A stretch of DNA of 64,000 bases from Octopus bimaculoides (Eukaryota). Position 1 is the stretch's first letter; each line of letters opens with the position of its first letter. A program made the translations under genes and the position numbers. The notes below the pieces were generated by a model. It did not search any database, had not been told where the DNA came from, and saw only the letters and a program-made list of their open reading frames with translations. The DNA is taken from assembly GCF_001194135.2 (NCBI RefSeq), contig NC_068988.1:59479121-59543120 (forward strand), written 5' to 3'. Positions 12,708 through 26,744 of the stretch are shown here, in pieces.

Positions 12708-13066
12708 NNNNNNNNNNNNNNNNNNNNNNNNNNNNNNNNNNNNNNNNNNNNNNNNNNNNNNNNNNNNNNNNNNNNNNNNNNNNNNNNNNNNNNNNNNNNN
12801 NNNNNNNNNNNNNNNNNNNNNNNNNNNNNNNNNNNNNNNNNNNNNNNNNNNNNNNNNNNNNNNNNNNNNNNNNNNNNNNNNNNNNNNNNNNNNNNNNNNN
12901 NNNNNNNNNNNNNNNNNNNNNNNNNNNNNNNNNNNNNNNNNNNNNNNNNNNNNNNNNNNNNNNNNNNNNNNNNNNNNNNNNNNNNNNNNNNNNNNNNNNN
13001 NNNNNNNNNNNNNNNNNNNNNNNNNNNNNNNNNNNNNNNNNNNNNNNNNNNNNNNNNNNNNNNNNN
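12708..13066. other. Assembly gap (others: 4472-4481, 16888-17745, 25034-25208, 31744-31925, 33827-33836, 35374-35508, 51502-51651, 57350-57361, 59411-60129)
   Basis: Runs of N, mostly bordered by (TA)n, (GA)n or (CA)n. Confidence 1.
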
Positions 13067-13104
<38 letters not shown>

Positions 13105-14279
13105 ATATTTTCAAACTTTTATTGTTATTTTGAATGTTTTAACAAAGATCGATAATCTATAAATGATAATTTTTAAAACATATGTTTGTTGTGTTTTTAA
13201 CCTCATTTGTTTGTAACACTTTGCATCTATGTTCGAATGTCGATACAAAAATGTATCTGTCAGATAAATATCATGAAGTATATAATTTTTCTCTCTTAGC
13301 TTACTTTATGTGTGAATGCGTTTACGCATATAAGATTGTGTGAGAGTTTGTATTTTCTGCATACGTATTTATGTGGTCTCAGTATAATGTGCGCCTTAAT
13401 GTATACGTAATTTTATCATAAGCCTTTTTATGTATAGGCTGACTGATGCATTCTTTTTTTGCGTAAGATTCGCCTCATCAAGGCACACACACACAAACCC
13501 ACACACACATGTATGTGTATAGGTCAGTGTGTGTGTGTGTGTGTGTATGTGTGTGTATTATATGTGCCTTTGTTTGTTTGTAGGTTCTAGATCGATCAAT
13601 CGATACATAGACAGACAATGAAACTGATAGATAGATATAGTGATACGTAGATAGGAATTATCCTGCGATATTTTACGCTGTACGATAGAAATATTTTACC
13701 AACTGAATACTTATTCATGTACTTCTAAGCTAATTAACTAAAAAAAAATTTTTAATCATTATATTAAAAGCTACATTGTAAGGTTTATCTTTGATCGTCA
13801 CGTTATTGTTAACTATATGAACAATTTTCTATAAGAAATATGTCTTGCTTATATATGTTTTACTTCGTGTGTGTAATGCGGTTGTTTGTCTGTGATTCTG
13901 TGTATGTGTGTGCGTGCGTAACAACTTAATAATTTAGTTCGATTTCAATCAGAACATTGGAATAACTGGAAAGTTTGTAATCGTTTTCTGTTTTCTACCT
14001 TTGCTTCCTTATTCTCTATCATTGCATTTATCCAGCATCAATAAACGAACCGCTTCATCGGCTAAACGTTCCCGCATGTGGCGAACGTTATGAGCAGCAA
14101 TGGAGTGAAACATGAGCTTTTTCAATATAAATAAGCACTGGCTTGTGTATTGAGTGCTCTTTTGATCTCTCGTTGCCGATGTATTCTGTGTGTACGCGTA
14201 CGTGGTGCGTGTACGTGCACGCATATATGCATGTATATGTGTGAGTGTATGTATATATATAAAAATAAATATATATATA

Positions 14280-15511
14280 TAGAGACGGGAGAGAGGTAGA
14301 GAGAGATTGAGAGATATAGAAAGGGAGAAAGAGAGACACAGCAAGGAAGAGTGGGAGCTAGAGAGAGAGAGAGAGAGAGAGTGTGTGTGTGTGAGGAAGA
14401 GTGGGGAAGGACAGACCTGTTGGTTTTGTCGAAAATAAACCGCAAAACTTTTTGAAATCAGAAATGACAGCTAAAATACATCCTGCTGTCGCAAACAAGT
14501 GTTAACGTCGGTTTAAAATAAACACGCCGAATTATATTAGGTAGTAATTAGAAATGAATTATTAGATATGATGTATGACACTAAAATATGAAATTAGATT
14601 TTAGAATATAAATAAAATAAAGACTAATGTAAACTCTATATTAATTTTGTCGGAGCTTCAGCACATGTAAAGAGAAGGTGTTTACCATATATTGAATAAT
14701 TATAAGTGAATAAAGACAATTTCTTCCGGTAAAAAGCAAATGAAACGAAGGTTTGTTTACACATGTGCTTGTTGGTGTTCCAATAAATACTGTGTATGTG
14801 CGCGTGTGTGAATGGCAGAAACGTTGACTTCTCGCTTTAAGTAACTGACTGTACGAACAGCTGCTGTTGTTGAAGCTTGCAGAGAAGATGAATGACAGAC
14901 ACCGTGCGAAGGAATGGAACAATGAGGAGGGAAAAAAGAAAAGATAAAAAGCTTAGAGAATATACAGAAGCAGAAAGATAGTAAGTTGCCAAAGAGAAAG
15001 CGAGAGGAAGAAAGGAAATAGGATGGGATAAGTACGTGAGAGTGGGAGAGAAAGGTCGAGAGAAAAAATAAGAGGGAGAGAGAGAGAGAATGAATGAGAG
15101 AGAGTGAAAGTGAGAGAGAGAGAGAATGCGATGGCTGTATTAATTCAAGTTTCTAACTAAATTCTTATAGTTGTGTTGGTTGTTCTTTTTTATGTTAGCT
15201 ATCTGATACAAGACCGTGCGTGATCATTTGTTTTGGATGTAAGATGAAATATTTTGTTAGATATTTATGTTCTGTAATGAAAATATATTTACGTGGTTTT
15301 GTTATGGATATTCTTCTGTGTGTCAATGTGTGATTGTGGTAACCGACTGCTCTCTTTCTTTTTGTTTTTCTCTTTTTTTCCTTTTAATTTGATTTCCTAT
15401 TATCTTTATATTACCGTTACACATGTATTTTTATGCGTGTGTGTAATATGTTTGTATGTCTCCGTACATGTATGTACGGTGTTTAGGAAATAGATGTGTG
15501 TGAGTGTTTGT

Positions 15512-15564
<53 letters not shown>

Positions 15565-16500
15565 TATGTAGGTGTTAGAGTACGTTATCTTGTATTTTAT
15601 GCAAATAATTGCCGGAAATATTCAATTCTTATATCCTCACTGCAATTAAGTTTAGACTTTATCACAATCATCCGGAACTTTTTCTCATTTTCTTGCGGTC
15701 TAATTTCTGACATCACTGAACATCTCCGGGTTCCTTAGGATTTCACATGTTCCGTTAAATAATGTTGCTTCGTTTTGTTTTGTCTCCACGAAATAGTGTC
15801 CAATTTGAAACTAGTATCGACTTTGTAAAGTTTTTTACAGTTAATGAAAACTGAAGTAAGGAATATCAGAACGGAATAAACATCGAGTGAAAGAGAATGG
15901 GGAGAGAAAGGGAGGAGCACGAAGAGAGAGAATAAGAGAAACAAATGTTTAGAGTGAAACTAGGAGGAGAAACAGATATGTGAGAAGCGAATAGCAAAAA
16001 TGGGAAAGACAAAAGTAAGCCAAAGTCTCTAAAAAAAATTATAAAAAGAATGAATGAAATCAAATAAAATAAAATAAAGAACTGGATGAAGGAAAGAGAG
16101 AAGAGTCACGGGAGAAAAAGATGGTGTGAAAGATAGAGAGAGAAATGAGATGTATTAATAAAATGACAGAAAGAAAGAGTAAAAGACGGACGGATGTTCG
16201 CTGAAGAAGACGGAGCGAAAAGGAAGAAAAGGATATGTATTAAAAACTGAGCGAGAGAGAAGTATAAGGAAAAGTTGTAGGAGGAAGTGAGTGATAGGGT
16301 CGGTAAAAGAGAGAAATTTAGGAAGAGTCAGGGAAAAGAAAGAAAGAGAGAAAAATATAGCGGATGCGCGTTTGCGAGAGTGGGAGAGTGAAAGAGGGAG
16401 CGAAGGAGTTAATGTGGAGAAAGGATAAAAGATAAAAGCGAAATGCAAGATTGAACAAAAAAAGAGGATGTGTAAGACAGAAATATTATAGTAGGAGTAC
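14280..16500 (-). promoter_or_regulatory. GA-rich (+ strand) low-complexity block with CpG-containing patches; possible promoter/5' leader of the minus-strand gene
   Basis: Strong purine/pyrimidine strand asymmetry, (GA)n tracts, and GC-richer unique patches at ~14030-14110 and ~14800-14920. Inference only. Confidence 0.2.
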
Positions 16501-16687
16501 TATTGAGGTGGGAGTTGAAGTAGTGTTAGAATTGCTGGAATGGACTGAAAAGTTTAGTGGGTATGGGATGAGTACAGGGGCAGGGTGGTGTTCTTAGATG
16601 GAGAAAGTGGGTGGATGTAATACCTCCTAAAGAAAAGTGATGAGAGAGAATCGACTGCAACAAAATGGGGAAAAAATTAACGTACAC

Positions 16688-16759
<72 letters not shown>

Positions 16760-16763
<4 letters not shown>

Positions 16764-16887
16764 ACTCTTTTACTTGTTTCAGTCATTTGACTGCGGCCAT
16801 GCTGGAGCACCGCCTTTAGTCGAGAAAATCGACCCCAGGACTCATTCTTTGTAAGCTTAGTACTTATTCTATCGGGCTCTTTTTGCC
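16760..16887 (-). mobile_element. SINE family C 3' part, cut by an N-gap
   Basis: cttttacttgtttcagtcatttgactgcggccatgctgg..tacttattctatcgg..ttttgcc is the reverse complement of the 3' part at ~3215-3350. Confidence 0.75.
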
Positions 16888-17745
16888 NNNNNNNNNNNNN
16901 NNNNNNNNNNNNNNNNNNNNNNNNNNNNNNNNNNNNNNNNNNNNNNNNNNNNNNNNNNNNNNNNNNNNNNNNNNNNNNNNNNNNNNNNNNNNNNNNNNNN
17001 NNNNNNNNNNNNNNNNNNNNNNNNNNNNNNNNNNNNNNNNNNNNNNNNNNNNNNNNNNNNNNNNNNNNNNNNNNNNNNNNNNNNNNNNNNNNNNNNNNNN
17101 NNNNNNNNNNNNNNNNNNNNNNNNNNNNNNNNNNNNNNNNNNNNNNNNNNNNNNNNNNNNNNNNNNNNNNNNNNNNNNNNNNNNNNNNNNNNNNNNNNNN
17201 NNNNNNNNNNNNNNNNNNNNNNNNNNNNNNNNNNNNNNNNNNNNNNNNNNNNNNNNNNNNNNNNNNNNNNNNNNNNNNNNNNNNNNNNNNNNNNNNNNNN
17301 NNNNNNNNNNNNNNNNNNNNNNNNNNNNNNNNNNNNNNNNNNNNNNNNNNNNNNNNNNNNNNNNNNNNNNNNNNNNNNNNNNNNNNNNNNNNNNNNNNNN
17401 NNNNNNNNNNNNNNNNNNNNNNNNNNNNNNNNNNNNNNNNNNNNNNNNNNNNNNNNNNNNNNNNNNNNNNNNNNNNNNNNNNNNNNNNNNNNNNNNNNNN
17501 NNNNNNNNNNNNNNNNNNNNNNNNNNNNNNNNNNNNNNNNNNNNNNNNNNNNNNNNNNNNNNNNNNNNNNNNNNNNNNNNNNNNNNNNNNNNNNNNNNNN
17601 NNNNNNNNNNNNNNNNNNNNNNNNNNNNNNNNNNNNNNNNNNNNNNNNNNNNNNNNNNNNNNNNNNNNNNNNNNNNNNNNNNNNNNNNNNNNNNNNNNNN
17701 NNNNNNNNNNNNNNNNNNNNNNNNNNNNNNNNNNNNNNNNNNNNN

Positions 17746-17783
<38 letters not shown>

Positions 17784-18954
17784 TGAGAGAGAGGGAGAGA
17801 GAGGGAGCGAGACATATATGTGTGCATGTGTATATGTGTTAGGGAGTGTGTGAGTAAATGAGTGAGAGAGTGTGTGTCTCCAAGCGCGCACGCACGCATT
17901 TGTGTATGTGTAATTGCTTTCATTTCTTAAAGAAAACGGCAATGCGATTTTACGGTTAACATCCCATAGCGTAGGGGATCAGACAGAATAACTAATGTCA
18001 AAAATTAAAAAAATTGGAAACGAACGAAAATATCAGATTGATATGACTTGAAACCTTGAAGAAGGTACGCAGAGATGTCGGGGTACAGTGCCAAAAACAA
18101 ACACAAGAGCGTACAAGATTAAATACTCACCCACGCACACACACGCATACACACGCGCGCGCGTACACACACTCACATACACACGCACGCATCGCACGCA
18201 CATACACACACACCCACACGTAGAAGTGCAAAGAAAGTGACAGTAAATTGGTATCAACTGCGGTCTGGCATAGATGTGAGCGGTAAAGTACTTAACGGTA
18301 GCTTTTTTCTTTGTTTTTTTTAATTTTTAATTTAACATTTCGTCTAGGTCCATTTGCGTTTGTCTTTTCAGGGTTTAATAAATTATATACCTGTTGGAAC
18401 ACTGGGGTAGATGTAAATGACTTATTCCCTCTTATAAAATCTATGGTCTTTTGCTAAAAGGAAAAAAACTCAGAGAACGGCAATGTATGAGAGAATAATA
18501 TTTAAATAATATTTAAATATGAGTTAAATAGGATGAGAAGCAGGTGGGATCCTGGGAGGCGGATAGTTCTGTGAGTCTGTTTCTACTCTTACGCGCGCGT
18601 GTGCTTGTGTATATGTGTGTTTATGTGTTAATGCATGGCTTTTTTTTAATCTCTTTTTTCCTGTTGAAGGTCAAATCTGATCCAGCAAGTCTTGTGATGA
18701 AAATCGTTCAACCGGAAATTACACATTTATGTTGATTTTTTTTTTTTTCTTTTCTAACACTGTCTATCGCTGACTAACGTAATCTATGTGTCTTTCTATC
18801 TGTAAGTATTGTTAAGATGCTTCCTTCTCTCCCTCTCCCTCTCTCTCTTTCTCTATGTATCTATCTATCTTTTTTCTTTCTCTTTGTTTTGAGGGTGGAA
18901 AACTGAACTGCTATTTCTAGCGTAAATATGTTAGTGTGTGAATTGGTTACAACC

Positions 18955-19470
18955 TCAGTAAAAATGCTTAGCGGGTTTTTTTCTTATTTTCTCTTTCCGA
19001 CACATTACATTCTGAGTTCAAATTATGCCTCGTTGACTACTTGTTTCATCCTTTTCGGTGTTGAATGAATAAAGCACAAGTCAAGTATTTTGGGGGATGT
19101 CATCGATTATCCTGTCTCTCTCTAATTATTTGATCTTGTGTCAGATTAGATACAATTCGATAGAGGCTATGGTCTTTTCTAATGTTTCAGTGTGTTTGTG
19201 CGAATTTTCCTACTTAAAATATCGTCTAAAATTTGAAATTATGCTGAGAAAGTGACAGGTATTTATAATTTAGACACACAGCTTTTGAGGCCAACATCAC
19301 ATATTAGCAACATTACTAAAGCGGTGCGTTAGAACACACTTTAAGCCACCGGAGAAAATATTTAGCGGTACTTCATTTTACGTTATGAGTTCAAATTCCA
19401 CCGAGCTCTATCTGGCTTTTCATACTTTTGAGGTCGATGTAATCAATCAGCCGCTTCCCTATAATTTTAG
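18955..19470 (+). mobile_element. Two degenerate SINE family A copies (18955-19115, 19300-19470)
   Basis: aaaatgcttagcgg..ttctgagttcaaatt..tttcatccttttcgg; tttagcggtacttc..gagttcaaattccaccgag. Confidence 0.7.
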
Positions 19471-19989
19471 GTCTTGTACTAGAAAGGATATAACCTACAT
19501 CAGTATGTAAATTATTTTACTTTGTCAACATTCAAGGATGAAAATCTTTTCTCTTTCTTACCTTGATGTTTGTATATGAACTGAGAACATAAGACTTATT
19601 AGAATGCCTTAAAGCAACGTTCCAATGTCTTTGTCAATCCATATTAATAATATGGCTCCGTCTTGTGAAGATTACACTTATAGAGTGACATTGCGAAATA
19701 CATATCAGGGTTCACGTTTAAATGGAAACTTACTATTGAGATCGGAAAGACTTTTAAGGAGTCCATAAATAAATATATACAGAATCATTCAAAACCTACA
19801 CGCTTACAAACGCATGCATTTCAATATTAAAACAACATGCATATATATCTATATGTGAATGTGTTAAATCATGTATTATATGAGTATACAGGTGTGCGTG
19901 TGTAAGTTTGGGGTTGTACGATTGTGGGCGTGTGTGCATATGCACGCATGTTTCTGATTATGTGCTCTCTAGAAACATATATGTGTATT

Positions 19990-20339
<350 letters not shown>

Positions 20340-21274
20340 GGTAACTCTGAACGAACTGGGAAAGCCTATAGCATTATATATAACGCTGTAAATATATATA
20401 AATATTATATATACGATATGGAGGAAGTGATGGGGATACTGCAAATGAAGGAGAGGGTCACTGCGAACTGGAGAAGACAGACCCTCAAGAATCTGCGCTA
20501 TAGAGTCTTTATAGGGGAGTGGCTAAACGTCAGAGTCGCAGTCGATGGACGTAGGCCTCGATGCTTCGAGTGTAGCGAAAAGGGCCACGTCCGCTCAGCC
20601 AGCGAGAAAAAGAAACAAAAATAAGTGAAGCCCCACTTCAAAAAGAAAACACTAAAGAAAGCACTAACGAACACCAAGAAAAGGAAGAGAAAGAAAAAAG
20701 GACAGAAGAAGTAGAAGAAAAGAAGAAAAAAGGGAAACATAAATCCCAAGAGAAAAAAATCAGAAGACACAACTCTTGTGGTGGAAACGGAGATGGATTT
20801 TACCACGGTCGTATCACACAAGAGAAAAAAGCCCAAGCCCCAGACTCCCCTCCCCAAACAATGAAAGCAAGCAAGTACAATACAGACACACAGGAAAACA
20901 TCCCCCACACCACTTCCGTGTTAAAATCCTTTGCCATTTCCCCCACAAAAAGACAAGAAAAATAATTTTTTTTCACGAAAAAAAAAACACTGTGTTAACA
21001 ACAATAATTCAAATGCAACACAAGGTGCATGTATATAAAACAGAAAAATAGATGCCATCTTGCATCCCTGTTGCGAGAATGGATGTGTGGTTGTTCCAGG
21101 AATTGACTGAGAGAGAGAGATACCCAGATGACATTCGTGATGTAAGCCAGGAGATAGCTGGCAAAAAGTTTATAGTTAGCCAAGCGGCTATACCGCAGAG
21201 AAAAAAAAAGGGTGGGGAGGACGCCGAATTCATGCAGCCCCTCCCCAAACTTAAAATGTAACTAACTTTTTACC

Positions 21275-24200
21275 GTCGAGGTTAAGTTATGGTATATAAA
21301 TGCTCATGGCCTGCGGTCGAAATGGAAGCAAACTTGTCTTCTGAACGACCTTAGGTCACTAGATATTGAGGTTTGTGTTGTGACTGAGTCCAAGCTGAAC
21401 AGGCCACAAGCGGTCTCGCCTCTTCTAAATGGCTACAAGAAATTTATTTCTCCTAGTCGGCGGGGAGGCGAGGTGTAGTGGTCTTGTTCAGGAAAAACCT
21501 GTATATACAGGTAAGTACAGACTTTCTGCACCCAGAAGGTAGGCTGGTCGTTTTGGATGTGACACACGTAAGTAAACAGTCCTTCAGGTTGGTAGCTGTC
21601 TACGCTTCTAGTGAGTGTAGACAAGCTGGGGTTTTTTTCCGGACCTGGAGAACTTCTTAGTGATGTCAAAAACTCTAGTTTTACTAGGAGAATTTAGCAC
21701 TACTCTTGACGCACAGGCGGATAGTGTTGGCTCGACTGATAGAAGGGAAAACTCTGGCCTCAAAAGGCTACTAGGAAGCTATAACATAGTAAACTGATAT
21801 AGACTGGATGAACCACTCGTTCCACAGTGGACGTGGACTAATAACGACGGTTCACACAGATTTTATTTAGATAGGATATTCGTTAGGAATACGTTCAGTT
21901 GACCACTTTTTTGTTGAGTCCCTGACACGCATCACAAGTTTGTGACGTGTGAGGTGTACTTGGATAAGTGTCATAGGCAGGGACCTGTTTTATGGAAGAT
22001 GAACAAGTCAATTTTGACTTGTAAAGCATTCTGTGCCCGGGTTGAGGAGTTAGTGCAGAGGGTATTATGCGGCGTCGTCATTAATAATAAGTGGTGGTGC
22101 GCCCTCAAAAGAGCCATTCATTCTGAGTCTATTAGATTTAATAATCAACTAAGTTGAACCTAATTAAGGAATCAGATGAGGCCATAGAATCTGGCTCTGC
22201 ATCCAGAGTGAGGGCGGCGAAGGCGGTTTCGTCCCATCATCTCAAAACCAAACACGAAGGGTGTAGAGTCAGAGCTAAGTTACGTGCGGTGGGGAGAGAG
22301 GGTATTAAGGTTGCCCGATGGGCACGTCGTGTGGAGAGTCGGAGAGACAGAGAAGCGTCCATAAAGTCTTTAACAAACGAACATGGGCGTACGATTGAAG
22401 GACAGTAGGAGATGCATAAGGCTTTTCACCAGCATTTTGCCCGGTTGTTCTGGGAGAACGACGCGCTGGACAGTGGGGAGTCCTTACCGGTGGGCAACTA
22501 CTCTCGGCACGGGAAGCGGAATGCTGTTAACGGCCGATTACAGCTGCAGAGATTGAAGAGGTCCTGGATGAGTGCGCCGGATACAAGTCGCCGGCGTTGG
22601 ATAGTCTGCCCTATGAATGTTATCGTTGTATACCAGATTTGCTCGAACACTTGCTGGCCTGCGTCTGCACAAGGTGGCAGCAGAATGGGAGGATTCCCAG
22701 CTCTGTGAGGCAGAGAATGGTGACGTTGATCAGAAAAGACCCGAACAAAGGGGATCTTATTAGTAATTGTACGCCTATAACCCCAATTACTGTATAATTA
22801 AAGATTTTGGCCAAGGTGCTAGCAAAGTGGTTGGCGTGTGTCGCAGAGAAACTTAGAGGTAGGGCACAGACATGCGCCATCCCTGGCAGGTCAATCGAGG
22901 ACAATCTTCATCTCTTATGCTACATCTTAGACACGGTAGCTAAATTATCCGGTAAAGGTTGGGCACTGGTCCATTTAGACCAAAGTAACGCTTTTGATAG
23001 GGTAGACCACCAGTATCTGGCGGCGGTTCTCGAGGCGGCTGGGCTCGGCAGTTGGATCACTGCTATTTATGGCGGCGTCAATTCCACATTCCAGATAAGC
23101 GGTTACCTGTCGGTGCGGTTTGAGATCAAGCGCTCTGTTCGACAAGAGTGTTCCCTGTCTCTGCTTCTGTATGAACTGTCTCTTGAGCCATTGGTGCGGA
23201 AGTTGGAGAGTTGTGAGGTGGGGATGGGGGACATCCCCAATAAAACCTGATGAGGCCAACATCACCGTGTCCAATGAATCTCAGCTATCTTGTGTATCAA
23301 AAGATACGAGGCGGTGACAGGTACAAAAGTTAACAAAGACAAGTCCATCGGCTTGCGGTTCTGCACCTGGTGCAGCAACACGATAACGTCCAGTATCGTG
23401 GGGCACTGGACAGATGTTAAGGTGCTTGGAGTCTGGTTCGGAACAGATTCCCAGACGGAGAAGAATTGGAGTGAGGTGGCAGGCAGAGTGGAGGCCCTAA
23501 TTTGGAACTAGACAGGAAGGGCGCTATCACCGAAAGAGAATGCAGAGGTGGTGCAGGTGTTTATTGCATCTGTTATCACCTACCCTCAGACCATTGTCCC
23601 TAGCCCTGATTCGTGTGTAAGCAATTTGGCACGCCTTCTCTTCCGCTCCTTGCGGAAGGGAGGAAAGTCGGTTATGAGGCGCTCTGAATGCTGCCAAGAA
23701 CCGCTCAAGGGTGGGTTAGGGATGACGGGGCTAATGATGTGCAGGCTTGCATTGAGACTGAGGCATCTCTCCCTCTACCTGGATGGTAGCCAGGTGTGGA
23801 ATTCGCTAGCAGAAGAATTCGCTAGCAGAGGAATTCGCTAGCAGAGGAATTCTTTCCACGACCGACCTCCTTCGAGGAATTTAAACCCGATTTTATTTAA
23901 AGGCGTTATACGACTGAATGGCAAAACGATTGCCGACAGGCACTCGCGCTAATCCATAAGGCGGGCAAAGCCAGCAGCGGGAATACCACCCCGGTATTTT
24001 ATAAAGGGCTGGTAGAGCTTAAGAGTGGTGATGTCCTAGGAGGAGCGTTGGGGCTCGTTGAAAACCAGCTAGCCAACCTGTTCCAGAGAACTCTCAGGCC
24101 GGGGTACTTGAATAACTACCAAAAATCCCTGTTCTGACAGTGCTAAAGGAACGCGTTACCTGTTCACGAAAGAATATCCAGGCATGGAATATCAGTGCTA

Positions 24201-24570
24201 CCGGCAGGCCCAAGTTGTGGGCAGGACGATGAAACCGCCATACACGCTCTTGTACAGTGGCCGGAGGCTTCGGTTTGCCAATTTACGTAGAACATGTGTT
24301 GTCGCATCTAGGAAGAGTACAGCTATCAGCTAAATCTATGATAAAGATTGTACCACCAATCGGACCATCAAAGGAAGGTGATGCATGCTCTTCGTGTACA
24401 GACGCATCGTTGAAAGAATGTGTAGGGAGAACTAGAATGAAAGAAGTCACGACAGGAAATTTTATCTCCGGCCTTGGGTTTCTGTATTCAGATACCATCT
24501 GAAGACATCTGTCGCGAAGTATATTCGAGAAAAGATGGAAGGATAATGCAAGGAAACTGGGCATGATTGA
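21275..24570 (+). pseudogene. Tx1 ORF2 (APE endonuclease + reverse transcriptase + C-terminal Zn-knuckle remnant), disrupted
   Basis: EN: YINAHGLRS, VTESKL, LVAVYAS, WTWTN..YLDRIF. RT: LDSLPYE, IPGRSIEDN, LDQSNAFDRVDH, SVRQECSLS. C-terminus: CGQDDETAIHALVQ. Confidence 0.9.
23799..23852 (+). repeat. 16-bp tandem repeat (GAATTCGCTAGCAGA[A/G]) x3.4 inside Tx1 ORF2
   Basis: Direct reading. Confidence 0.95.
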
Positions 24571-24784
24571 CCTTACTTAATCTCATTCATGGTAAAAGCA
24601 AGGTGTAGCCACTGGACTTCACGGTTATGATTTATTTGAAAAAGGTAATTTTTTTTCTAAATATTATATGCATTATCCGACTTGTAAGAAACATTATAAT
24701 ATGAACTCAAAATCACACGATTGTTTGTAATGTCCTGTATTGTCCTTTTCTATGTAAGATATCAATTATCATAATAAGGAATCA

Positions 24785-24991
24785 CCTCTCAGGTACATCT
24801 GATCGACAAGAGTCAACAAACTCGAAAATATCGATGCCTCAGATTTCCGAGTGAGGGCAACACTGAACGAATGGAGTGTTTTCACATCTTTTTACCATAC
24901 GTGAGAATTATTTCTCCACGGTAACTGCAGTGTATTTGCCTTTAGCAGTTGAAATATGTGACAAACATATTTCAACTAACCTAAATTGTGA
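24785..24991 (-). repeat. Right 207-bp terminal inverted repeat
   Basis: Partner of 20133-20339; contains the internal hairpin agttgaaatatgt-gacaa-acatatttcaact. Confidence 0.92.
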
Positions 24992-25208
24992 TTATACTTC
25001 AACACTGCTTAGCGCATTTATTCCGATATATATNNNNNNNNNNNNNNNNNNNNNNNNNNNNNNNNNNNNNNNNNNNNNNNNNNNNNNNNNNNNNNNNNNN
25101 NNNNNNNNNNNNNNNNNNNNNNNNNNNNNNNNNNNNNNNNNNNNNNNNNNNNNNNNNNNNNNNNNNNNNNNNNNNNNNNNNNNNNNNNNNNNNNNNNNNN
25201 NNNNNNNN

Positions 25209-25241
<33 letters not shown>

Positions 25242-25632
25242 TCGTATGTACTTATAAATCTCTGTATGTTCTTCTTAATAAGAATCTACTAAAAAGATTA
25301 CTTAATACATCGAGTTAGTTATCATTATGAGAAGACTGGAAGAATTAACGTTTTCATCATAATTAGTGAGATTTGAAGGCTTCACATCAAACCAATATAT
25401 GAATATCGAAAGCTTATCAAATATTAGAATAAATTAAATGTTATGAACACTATTCTAACTCGTGCATATAAAATTTAAATAAATGTGATACATGTAAGTA
25501 ATTAATTATTAGGTGTATTGAAAAGAGACAGAAAGATCAGTGATGGAAAAGAGTGACGTTGCAAACCAAATAAGAGATATAATGGGGTAACTTAAATTTT
25601 ACAAATTTAACGAGTAGGTGCATTCGTGTGCT

Positions 25633-25666
<34 letters not shown>

Positions 25667-25675
25667 AATAAATAC

Positions 25676-26655
25676 TTTATAAGAATTTATCAAGTTGGTA
25701 GCGTGAGAAAACCTCATAAGGAAAAATAACCATCATTTTTTCCCATAAATATAATTTAATTTATATAAAGGCATTACTATACAATAATGCCTCACGCTTA
25801 GAGGGACTCCATAAGACAAAAGTACCATATTAAGCACATTTTACCTATCGCGAGGGAATGCAACTTTCAAAGCTAACCTCCTAAAAACTTTTAACTTAAC
25901 GGTAAACCAATGGTTTCATAATTAATGCAGCAAACTATGCAGTAAACTGCATCTTTTATTCATCAGTACACGTATAGTCAAGACACATAAAAATAAACAA
26001 AAATCAACATACCCTGACGAGCACTCCATGTGTTCAGCAACAGTACATAGACGTTTGTTCATCCCTATATATCCATGAAAGAGCCGGGCTTTTTATGTTA
26101 CACTTCGGTACATTTGCTTTTACGGAATAATATTCAGCACTGAATATATTCTAATTATTCATAATATAATATTAGGATAAAAAAATTTATAAGAATTTAT
26201 CAAGTAGTTAGCGTGAAAAAACCTCATAAGGAAAAAAAACCGTCATTTTTTTCCATAAATATATATAATTTAATTTTTATAAAGGCATTACTATACAATA
26301 ATGCCTCACGCTTAGAGGGACTCCATAAGTCAAAACTACCATAATAAGCACATTTTACCTATCGCGAGGGAATGCAACTTTCAAAGCTAACCTCCTAAAC
26401 ACTTTTAAGTTAACGGTAAACCAATGGTTTCATAATTAATGCAACAAACTATGCAGTAAACTGCATCTTTTATTCATCAGTTCACGTATGGTCAAAACAC
26501 ATAAAAATAAACAAAAATCAACATACCCTGACGAACACTCCATGTATTCAGCAACAGTACATAGACTTTTGTTCATCCCTATATATCCATGAAAGAGCCG
26601 GGCTTTTTGTGTTACACTTCGGTACATGTGCTTTTACGGAATAATATTCAGCACT
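25676..26655. repeat. Tandem duplication, ~465-bp units at a 510-bp period (25676-26141, 26186-26655)
   Basis: Both units run from tttataagaatttatcaag to ggaataatattcagcact, about 90% identical by eye. Confidence 0.95.
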
Positions 26656-26744
26656 ACAGTTCTATATTTAAGAGATGAGGAATTAATTACATTATTTACA
26701 TTATTTACATTTGACGGATATTTGTCCTCATCCTGTTTGTTGTT

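Larger units (their letters stand above)
20411..24657 (+). mobile_element. Decayed L1-superfamily Tx1-clade LINE, ~4.25 kb, probably 5'-truncated within ORF1
   Basis: ORF1 remnant with a zinc knuckle (RPRCFECSEKGH), then APE endonuclease and RT domains with multiple stops and frameshifts. A 12-bp direct repeat TAAATATTATAT flanks it (20399-20410, 24658-24669). Confidence 0.9.

Noticed and set aside
14009-14344. Minus-strand ORF ending MFHSIAAHNVRHMRERLADEAVRLLMLDKCNDRE
   Set aside because: Most of it is microsatellite-derived, the unique part has no recognisable homology, and the nearby donor (AAG|GTAGAA) is weak.
23799-23852. EcoRI-NheI-like repeats as vector/polylinker contamination or a CRISPR-like array
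   Set aside because: There are no spacers and no other vector sequence, and the flanks continue seamlessly as Tx1 ORF2.
26012-26050. CTGACGA followed by a short stem in the 510-bp duplication units (possible hammerhead)
   Set aside because: No GAAA follows stem II, and stems I and III cannot be formed.
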